A stretch of 24,000 nucleotides of DNA from NCBI GenBank assembly GCA_004558825.1, contig SFDB01000002.1, positions 1 through 24,000 of the forward strand, given 5' to 3'. Of this stretch, positions 1 to 6,131 are shown one piece after another. The notes under the pieces are model-generated. The model was not told the DNA's origin, searched no databases, and saw only the letters and a list, made by a program, of their open reading frames with translations. The number at the start of each line of letters is the position of its first letter. The first letter of the stretch is position 1. The translations under genes were made by a program, and so were the position numbers. The stretch is from Clostridiales bacterium. GTDB lineage: Bacteria; Bacillota; Clostridia; Christensenellales; CAG-138.

Positions 1-173
1 GGTTTCGGACGGTAGCTGTAAACGATCTGGCCGTTCATGGCGTCCGGCACGAAATACTCCTGCCGATAATAGGTGATAAACCGACCGAGGCGTTTTCCCG
101 TGTCTATGACCTTGAACTCTGCCCACAGATCCATCAGTCCGTTGCTGGCTGGAGTGCCGGTGAGCCCAAGGAT
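1..173 (-). pseudogene. SNF2/DEAD-like (phage-type) helicase, 5'-truncated fragment; continues beyond the left window edge
   Basis: Minus-strand translation of 173..1 reads ILGLTGTPASNGLMDLWAEFKVIDTGKRLGRFITYYRQEYFVPDAMNGQIVYSYRPK. This contains the LTGTP helicase motif and SNF2-like downstream context. An in-frame TGA (174-176) lies immediately upstream, and no start codon or N-terminal ATPase motifs are present. Confidence 0.6.
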
Positions 174-421
174 TCATTCTGGATGTGCTGAAGTATTATA
201 CGCCTATCGACAGCTACTATAAGCTAATGAAAACTGTTGATGACGATCCTATGTTCGACAAGAAAAGAGCTCAGAAAAAGCTGCGCTCCTTTGTTGAAAG
301 CAACGAGGTCACAATTTCAAAAAAAGCGGCTATGATGGTTGACCACTTCCACGAGCAGGTTATCGCCAAGAAGAAAATCGGCGGTCAGGCTCGTGCTATG
401 GTCGTTACGGCCAGCATTCTT
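164..421 (+). pseudogene. Type I restriction enzyme R-subunit (HsdR) internal fragment, N-terminal part of chimeric ORF 185..709
   Basis: The open frame from 164 reads GFILDVLKYYTPIDSYYKLMKTVDDDPMFDKKRAQKKLRSFVESNEVTISKKAAMMVDHFHEQVIAKKKIGGQARAMVVTAS. I recognise this as the region after the helicase core of HsdR-type enzymes. There is no RBS, no helicase domains and no native start. Confidence 0.55.
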
Positions 422-709
422 TCCGGAGAAACCGACCCGAACAAGCTGTACGACTTAATCGCTGTTAAATACGAGCGTGATCCGAACATAAACAAAACCT
501 ACGGCAGAGCGTGGAAGCGTATCCGTGACCGCTACGCTGCGGAGCATCCGCTGTGCGAGGTGTGCAAGGAAAACGGAAGGTTCGTACCCGCAGAGGAAGT
601 TCATCATAAAAAGCCAATCTCACAGGGTGGCACTCATGCAAGGGACAACCTCATGAGCCTGTGCCGTTCCTGCCACACGAAAATACACCATGAGATTGGT
701 GACAGATAA
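422..709 (+). pseudogene. Phage-type HNH endonuclease, C-terminal portion fused in frame to the HsdR fragment
   Basis: YGRAWKRIRDRYAAEHPLCEVCKENGRFVPAEEVHHKKPISQGGTHARDNLMSLCRSCHTKIHHE shows Cys pairs plus an H..N..H pattern typical of phage HNH proteins that precede terS. Confidence 0.65.
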
Positions 710-749
710 AAAGGCAATCCCTTTTGATCGGAATGACCTTAAATTGCTG

Positions 750-1661
750 TTATGGCTGAATGTCAAACATAGACAGCAGCTTTTTGAAGGTGTCTTGACC
801 ATCAAGGCAGGTATCGGTCAGATATCCTCTTTCCGATTCCCACTCAGAAAGGCCACGGTAATAAAACATCTTTTTGGAGTCTTCAATAATGAACGGAACG
901 ATACTGTGCCGCAGGCATTCTTTGAGTGCTATCAAACGGCCAACTCTGCCATTGCCGTCCTGGAACGGATGAATGCGTTCAAAGTTGTAATGGAATTCGA
1001 TGACATTTTCTATTGATACAGCATCGAGAGATTCGTAATCGGAAAGCAGAGCCTTCATTCTTGCCGGCACATCCTTGGGCTTGGCAGTTTCACGACCGCC
1101 GACTACATTTGCCCGCTTTTTATAGTCACCGACAGCAAACCATGAGAGCGTAGAATCCTTTGTACTCTGCTTCAGAATGCGGTGCAATTCCTTGATGATA
1201 TCTTCTGTCAGAGATTCTTCCGCATGGTCGATCACATAATCGATGGCACGGAAATGGTTTACTGTTTCGATGATGTCATCAACAGGAATGCCTTCGCCGA
1301 CATCCACTGTGTTTGTTTCAAAAATCAGTCGCGTCTGATCCTCGCTGAGCTTGCTACCCTCGATATGGTTGGAGTTATAGGTCATGCGAACCTGAAGTTC
1401 ATGATACAGTCCACCGGGCATACGGATGCTTTTTTCATCTCGCAGGGTTTGCAACAGCAAGTTGTCACTAATGCTACGGTACAGTTCTTCCGGTGTGCAG
1501 GATAAATAGGCAGCGATTTTTGCAAGTACATGCGCCGCAATTTTCTCGCCGCGACCGATTTTTGCAACTGTACGGGACGAAATGCCAAGTTCATCCGTTA
1601 GTGCGGTCTTTGTAAGCCCTTTGGCATTCAGCTTACTCAGAAGTCCTTCATAGGAAATCAT
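750..1661 (-). CDS. Fic family protein (AMPylase-type) with N-terminal XRE-like HTH and internal inhibitory-helix motif
   Basis: 303 aa. The canonical Fic motif HPFQDGNGRVGR matches HxFx(D/E)GNGRxxR. SNHIEG matches the (S/T)xxxE(G/N) auto-inhibition motif. The N-terminus (LTKTALTDELGISSRTVAKIGRGE) is HTH-like. A strong RBS (GGAAGAAGGTG) precedes the ATG. Confidence 0.9.
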   Translation of the reverse strand: MISYEGLLSKLNAKGLTKTALTDELGISSRTVAKIGRGEKIAAHVLAKIAAYLSCTPEELYRSISDNLLLQTLRDEKSIRMPGGLYHELQVRMTYNSNHIEGSKLSEDQTRLIFETNTVDVGEGIPVDDIIETVNHFRAIDYVIDHAEESLTEDIIKELHRILKQSTKDSTLSWFAVGDYKKRANVVGGRETAKPKDVPARMKALLSDYESLDAVSIENVIEFHYNFERIHPFQDGNGRVGRLIALKECLRHSIVPFIIEDSKKMFYYRGLSEWESERGYLTDTCLDGQDTFKKLLSMFDIQP

Positions 1662-1684
1662 GAAATCACCTTCTTCCTTTACTT

Positions 1685-1713
1685 ATTATAACCAATCCAG
1701 CAGAAAAAGTAAA
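1685..1713 (-). promoter_or_regulatory. Putative sigma-70-type promoter for the Fic gene
   Basis: On the minus strand, TTTACT-17 nt-TATAAT lies about 25 nt upstream of the Fic start. Confidence 0.4.
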
Positions 1714-1842
1714 TGCAAATTCAAAAAGAAGTAAAGGTAGGGGCGATAAAATCTCCGGGACCTTATTATGCGGGCAGCGGCCTGGGGTCACGTGTGCGAA
1801 AAAGGCGAAATCAAAAGGGTAATTAAAGGAAGGAGGAATCGA

Positions 1843-2313
1843 ATGCCCACGAAATCCAACAACATAGGCGGTCAGGGCGGCGCAAGACCCGGTGCGGGAA
1901 GGAAAAAATCCGCTGTAAAGAACAAGGCCGAAAACGGCAATCCCGGCGGCAGAAAACTTGAAGTGCTAGATATTCCCGAAGTCGAGGGTGTTGAGATGCC
2001 CAAGCCTCACGATTTTCTTTCTGCGGAGCAGCGTGACGGCAGCGAACTGCAGGCGAAGGAAATCTACGAGGAGACTTGGAAGTGGCTCAAGCAGATAGGC
2101 TGTGCCGCAAAAGTCTCTCCGCAGCTCCTTGAGCGGTATGCGATGTGTTCCGCTCGGTGGATTCAATGCGAAGAGATGACAAACCGCATGGGTTTTCTCT
2201 CAAAGCATCCCACCACGCAAAAGCCGATACCGTCCCCGTTTATCAACATCGGTATCAACTACATGAACCAAGCCGTGCGGCTGTGGAATGAGATATTCCA
2301 AATCGTCAAAGAA
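1843..2313 (+). pseudogene. Phage terminase small subunit (P27 family), slightly 3'-truncated; the ORF then reads out of frame into the capsid gene
   Basis: AGGAGG (1831-1836) sits 6 nt before ATG 1843. ENGNPGGRKL, AKEIYEETWKWLKQIG, ERYAMCSARWIQCEE and SPFINIGINYMNQAVRLWNEIF fit the P27-type TerS pattern. After ...IFQIVKE the sequence switches to capsid-gene DNA in another frame. Confidence 0.75.
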
Positions 2314-2318
2314 ACGCT

Positions 2319-3173
2319 TTGCAGGTCGGCACCGATTCCGAGGGCGGTTATCTTGTGCCGGACGAATTCGAGCATACCCTTGTTGAGGCACTGCAGGAGG
2401 AGAACATCTTCCGTAAACTGGCGCATATCATTCAGACGGCTTCCGGGGACAGAAAGATCCCCGTTGTTGCGTCCAAGGGCACCGCTTCCTGGGTGGACGA
2501 AGAAGGCTCCATCACTGAAAGCGATGATTCCTTCGGTCAGGTTTCCATCGGGGCCTACAAACTCGGAACCCTTATCAAGGTATCCAACGAACTTCTGAAC
2601 GACTCTGTGTTCCCGCTCGAGGGGTATATCTCCAAGGAGTTTGCGAGGCGCATCGGCGTCAAGGAGGAAGATTCCTTCTTCAATGGTGACGGTGACGGCA
2701 AGCCCGTAGGTATCTTCCATTCTACCGGCGGCGCACAGGTCGGCGTGACCGCGGCAAGCACTTCCGCAATTACCGCTGACGAGATCATCGACCTCTTCTA
2801 TTCTCTCGGTGCTCCCTACCGCAAGAAGGCTGTATGGGTGCTGAATGATGCGACCGTGAAGTCCATCCGCAAGCTGAAAGACGGCAACGGCAACTACCTC
2901 CGGCAGCCCGCTTTGACCGCCGACACTCCCGACACTCTGCTCGGCAGGCCTGTGTATACTTCCACCTCCGTTCCGACAATCGCATCCGGCGCGAAGGTCA
3001 TCGCGTTCGGTGATTTCAGCTTCTACTGGATCGCCGACCGTCAGGGCAGAATCTTCAAGAAACTCTCCGAACTGTATGCCACTACCGACCAGAACGGTTT
3101 TGTCGCTACCCAGCGTGTTGACGGCAAACTTATTCTGCCCGAGGCTATCAAGGTCCTTCAGATGAAGGTGTAA
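2319..3173 (+). pseudogene. HK97-family phage major capsid protein, 5'-truncated (N-terminal ~100+ aa delta/scaffold region missing)
   Basis: GTDSEGGYLVPDEFEHTLVEALQEENIFRKLAHIIQT...ASWVDEEG...GAYKLGTLIKVSNELLNDS...FFNGDGDGKPVGI is typical of the Phage_capsid (HK97) domain. It starts at a TTG with no RBS, directly at the TerS junction. Confidence 0.8.
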
Positions 3174-3184
3174 GGAGGCACGCT

Positions 3185-3514
3185 ATGAGCTACTACAACT
3201 ACTGCTTCAGCGTCAAGAAATGCAAAGCCTGTCCTATGCGGGATAATTGCAGGGTTGGAAAATCCAAGGGCCGGACTTACAGCGTTACATGTGCAAATGA
3301 AGCACACAAAGCCCGGCTTGAATTTGAGAGCAGTGAAGAATTTTCCGCCAAGCTGCGCATCCGCCACAGAATAGAAGAGAAAAACGGAGAAATGAAAACA
3401 GCCAACGGGTTCCGAAGAGCGGATTCTGCGGGCTTGGTTGCTATGCGATTGCAGGCATATTTCACCGCAATTGTGGTAAATATGAAGAGAATTGTGGCAG
3501 TAATTCCGGGCTAA
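3185..3514 (+). mobile_element. C-terminal fragment of an IS1182/IS5-like DDE transposase (about 109 aa tail only)
   Basis: The CKACPMRDNC zinc-knuckle-like motif is followed by ...RHRIEEKNGEMKTANGFRRA...GLVAMRLQAYFTAIVVNMKRI. This is the conserved C-terminal block of IS1182/IS5-type transposases. The catalytic N-terminal part is absent, and the fragment begins 11 nt after the capsid stop. Confidence 0.6.
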
Positions 3515-3555
3515 TAGCTTGGGTTCTTTTCTTCCTGGCCATTGACTATCCGGTT

Positions 3556-3604
3556 GCTCTACGGTAACCGAAAAATAGTCGCCGTAGAGCCTTTTTTTGT
3601 TTTT
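3556..3604 (+). terminator. Rho-independent terminator after the transposase fragment
   Basis: A perfect 9-bp stem, GCTCTACGG (3556-3564) / CCGTAGAGC (3582-3590), is followed by T7-G-T5. Confidence 0.55.
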
Positions 3605-3610
3605 GCGTAT

Positions 3611-3644
3611 GAACTTTTTAATTATAGGTCTGTAGGGTGTGCAT
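3611..3644 (+). repeat. Intergenic repeat copy X (anchors GAACTTTT ... GGGTGTGCAT), related to 6001-6033
   Basis: GAACTTTT (3611-3618) + 16 nt + GGGTGTGCAT (3635-3644). The same two anchors occur with 15-nt spacing at 6001-6033. Confidence 0.5.
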
Positions 3645-3767
3645 AGCCATAAAAGGAATAATTAAAAGGTGCACCAAGTATTCTAATGTGAAGACATGGC
3701 GTTATCAGAGTCGATAAATATAATATAAAGAAATTACCCAGTGGACTGCATCTTTTCCATGGCCCTA

Positions 3768-3795
3768 TTGACTTTAGTGGAAAACCGGGCATAAT
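3768..3795 (+). promoter_or_regulatory. Putative sigma-70-type promoter of the kinase/DUF2087 operon
   Basis: TTGACT (3768-3773) -16 nt- CATAAT (3790-3795), about 70 nt upstream of ATG 3866. Confidence 0.5.
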
Positions 3796-3865
3796 AGTAG
3801 GGGGAAATGCCACCCACGCCGAAGTATGCCTTTGGAATCTGCTGAAATCTGAAAAGAGAGTAAAA

Positions 3866-4831
3866 ATGTATACGATTATGTTTCATACACTTCTTCAAAA
3901 ACAATACGGACTGCATCTAAAGGATATGCAAAAATCCAAAGTTGGGGCAGGCTCGGATACATGGTTTCTGGACTGCAATGAAGGAAAATTCGTATTGAAA
4001 TTCCCATCAAAAAGCAAAATCAACCACCCTGAACTGGAACCTGAGCTGTGTGCTTTTTTACGTAAAAATGGCATTCCGGCCTGTGATTTTCTTAAAAATA
4101 CATCTGGCAACTTCGTCTGCGAGACAGACGAGGGTAAACCCTTTACAATGCAAAGACTTCTGCCTGGAAATACCCCCCAATGGAATACTGCATCACAAGA
4201 GCTTTTGATAGAATCCGCACAAATGCTTGGCAGGATTCATCAGGTGTTGCAGAACTATCCACCCCTACCGGAAGGAATCGGGGCAGGCTTTTTCACATAT
4301 ATGACCCCTGAACGAGCACAAGCCTCCTACGAGAATTCTCTGTCTGTGGCAAAAAAGCTTGGAAGCCGCCAGAATATGGCGGAGCTGCAATGGCGTATAG
4401 ATTTTATAAAGCACTTTCCCCAATGGCAGTTCGATCTGAACAAACTGACGCTTCGTAATACCCATGGCGATTATTATATCAGTCAGTTTCTTTGTGACAA
4501 CAGACATCTAACCGCAATCATAGACTGGACAACTGCATGTATACATCCGGTTATTTGGGAAATCATGCGTTCCTTTGTGTATGGCGCTCCATGTTGTGCC
4601 GCAGGGAAAATCGACAGAGCGTTGTTGGATCGCTACCTTGATGCTTATTGCCGCTATGGAACGCTGAATACATACGACATTCAAAACCTATATAAGCTGT
4701 ACTTGCATCAAATTGCTGTCTGCGACTATTACGGGCAGTATTACTCGACCAACGCTCATAATCGCGAAATCTATCTGAAACAGGCACATCTTGCGACAAG
4801 GCTTTTGAAAAATATGGACAAATACATTTAG
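3866..4831 (+). CDS. Phosphotransferase-family kinase (APH / CotS / homoserine-kinase-II-like)
   Basis: 321 aa. It has a catalytic-loop-like THGDYYISQFL (HGD motif) and IIDWTTA (a DFG-equivalent IDW), with an N-terminal lobe containing FVLKF. This is the fold family only; the substrate is unknown. Confidence 0.75.
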   Translation: MYTIMFHTLLQKQYGLHLKDMQKSKVGAGSDTWFLDCNEGKFVLKFPSKSKINHPELEPELCAFLRKNGIPACDFLKNTSGNFVCETDEGKPFTMQRLLPGNTPQWNTASQELLIESAQMLGRIHQVLQNYPPLPEGIGAGFFTYMTPERAQASYENSLSVAKKLGSRQNMAELQWRIDFIKHFPQWQFDLNKLTLRNTHGDYYISQFLCDNRHLTAIIDWTTACIHPVIWEIMRSFVYGAPCCAAGKIDRALLDRYLDAYCRYGTLNTYDIQNLYKLYLHQIAVCDYYGQYYSTNAHNREIYLKQAHLATRLLKNMDKYI

Positions 4832-4843
4832 AGAGGCGACAAT

Positions 4844-5152
4844 ATGGACACCGATTTGAGTGCGTTAGCACCATTTCCAGATCATTGCGGCCGCTTAACT
4901 GCGCTTCCGACAAAGAACAAGAAAAAACTAATGGCGCTGTGGCATCTATCATTAAAATTTGAAGCCGGGCGTAAATATACCGAGGCAGAGATTAACGATT
5001 TACCGGATGAACATACAACCTTTCTCGACCCAGCAACGATTCGACGGGAGCTTTACAACAAACACCTGCTTGATCGAACGGCAGATTGCAGGCTTTACTG
5101 GAAGGAACAGGGAAAAAACTCCGTTGAAGATTTTTTGACCCAATATACTTGA
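4844..5152 (+). CDS. DUF2087 domain-containing protein
   Basis: 102 aa. GRLTALPTKNKKKLMALWHLSLKFEAGRKYTEAEINDL...DPATIRRELYNKHLLDR matches the DUF2087 pattern as I recall it. The GAGAGG RBS is 7 nt upstream, and the start is 12 nt after the kinase stop, suggesting an operon. Confidence 0.7.
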   Translation: MDTDLSALAPFPDHCGRLTALPTKNKKKLMALWHLSLKFEAGRKYTEAEINDLPDEHTTFLDPATIRRELYNKHLLDRTADCRLYWKEQGKNSVEDFLTQYT

Positions 5153-5259
5153 TTGGTCATATAACTGTCCGCATTGTTATTACAGATAGCACTGACAGTT
5201 GCGCCGAAATCCCCGTTGCACTTTCTTATTTCCATATCTTCTAACGATATATCGGATTC

Positions 5260-5299
5260 GTGTGCATTTCGTATCAAAATAGGTCTTTACTTTCATAAC
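5260..5299 (+). repeat. Intergenic repeat copy A (40 bp, 35/40 identical to 6026-6065)
   Basis: GTGTGCATTtcgtATCAAAATAGGtCTTTACtTTCATAAC versus GTGTGCATTatgaATCAAAATAGGcCTTTACgTTCATAAC. Same orientation, and each copy is immediately followed by a strong hairpin. Confidence 0.8.
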
Positions 5300-5300
5300 C

Positions 5301-5354
5301 GGACACCAATTTTGATACGTTGGTTATCATTGTGGGTGTCCAGTTTTTTATTTT
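5301..5354 (+). terminator. Rho-independent terminator downstream of the kinase/DUF2087 operon
   Basis: Stem GGACACC (5301-5307) / GGTGTCC (5335-5341), extendable with CAAT/ATTG, followed by TTTTTTATTTT. Confidence 0.5.
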
Positions 5355-5406
5355 AGAAAATGTAAAATAGCTCGATAAACTTGAATTTGCAGCAACAGCG
5401 CGTTGC

Positions 5407-5435
5407 TTGATCATCTAATATACCTGTGCTATAAT
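5407..5435 (+). promoter_or_regulatory. Sigma-70-type promoter with extended -10 for the HTH/zinc-ribbon gene
   Basis: TTGATC (5407-5412) -17 nt- TGcTATAAT (5427-5435), 22 nt upstream of ATG 5457. The palindrome AGCAAC-N5-GTTGCT (5391-5407) abuts the -35. Confidence 0.6.
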
Positions 5436-5456
5436 TTTTATAAAGAGATGATTTTT

Positions 5457-5893
5457 ATGAATACAAAAGATGTTTTACTCGAACTACGAACAAAAAAAGG
5501 TTGTCACAAGAGGAACTTGCAGAAAAAATCCATGTTACCAGACAAGCAGTATCCCGTTGGGAAACGAGTGAAACAATCCCAAATACCGAAACACTAAAAT
5601 TGCTCTCATCTTTTTTTGATGTTTCGATCAATACATTACTGGGTTCTCCCAGAAAGCTGATATGTCAATGCTGTGGTATGCCACTTGATGATACTACAAC
5701 CAGCAAAGAACCAAATGGTGATTTTAATGAGGAGTATTGCAAGTGGTGTTATGATGATGGCAGGTTCAAATATACCAGTATGGAGCAGTTGATTGAATTT
5801 TGTGTAGAACATATGGCAAATGAGAATTGGCCTGCTGAACAGGTTCGGGCGCATATGGAATCAGTTGTTCCAAAACTAAATTATTGGAAATAA
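5457..5893 (+). pseudogene. XRE-family HTH + putative zinc-ribbon (Zn_ribbon_2-like) protein, interrupted by a -1 frameshift at an A7 run (5492-5498)
   Basis: ATG 5457 gives MNTKDVLLELRTKKG. The -1 frame continues (R)LSQEELAEKIHVTRQAVSRWETSETIPNTETLKLLSSFFDVSINTLLG, which completes an HTH_XRE domain. CQCCGMPL...EYCKWCYDDGRF is a four-Cys ribbon. The track ORF 5501..5893 starts at a TTG that would delete helix 1. Confidence 0.7.
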
Positions 5894-6000
5894 GAATAAT
5901 ATAATTTCTGTGAAAACAGGGCAACAACTCCCGGTTTATTGTGGGCTTTCATTTCTAAGCGTATTGAGATTCATGGGCGTGCACCATTAAAGATTCATTG

Positions 6001-6065
6001 GAACTTTTAAAGAAAAGTACGAGGGGTGTGCATTATGAATCAAAATAGGCCTTTACGTTCATAAC
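6001..6065 (+). repeat. Intergenic repeat copy B (5' part related to copy X, 3' 40 bp related to copy A)
   Basis: GAACTTTT (6001-6008) + 15 nt + GGGTGTGCAT (6024-6033). The stretch 6026-6065 is 35/40 identical to 5260-5299. Confidence 0.8.
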
Positions 6066-6069
6066 AAGA

Positions 6070-6114
6070 ATAATCCGAACCGGATTCCCTTATAGGGAAT
6101 CCGGTTCGGATTAT
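6070..6114. terminator. Long perfect hairpin, probable bidirectional terminator between convergent genes
   Basis: A 21-bp perfect stem, ATAATCCGAACCGGATTCCCT (6070-6090) / AGGGAATCCGGTTCGGATTAT (6094-6114), has a 3-nt loop. It lies between the stop at 5893 (+) and the stop at 6132 (-). Confidence 0.7.
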
Positions 6115-6131
6115 ATTTGTTCTACTATAAA

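Noticed and set aside
1768-2598. Single 276-aa ORF spanning terS and part of the capsid gene
   Set aside because: Only residues from ATG 1843 to about 2313 resemble TerS. The last ~95 aa (CRSAPIPRAVILCRT...) are an out-of-frame reading of capsid DNA, and the upstream 25 codons lack an RBS.
5260-6065. Integron attC-like interpretation of the 40-bp direct repeats flanking the HTH/zinc-ribbon cassette
   Set aside because: The repeat ends (…TTCATAAC, complement GTTATGA) do not fit the RYYYAAC/GTTRRRY core sites. The repeats are not internally palindromic, and no integron integrase is present in the window.
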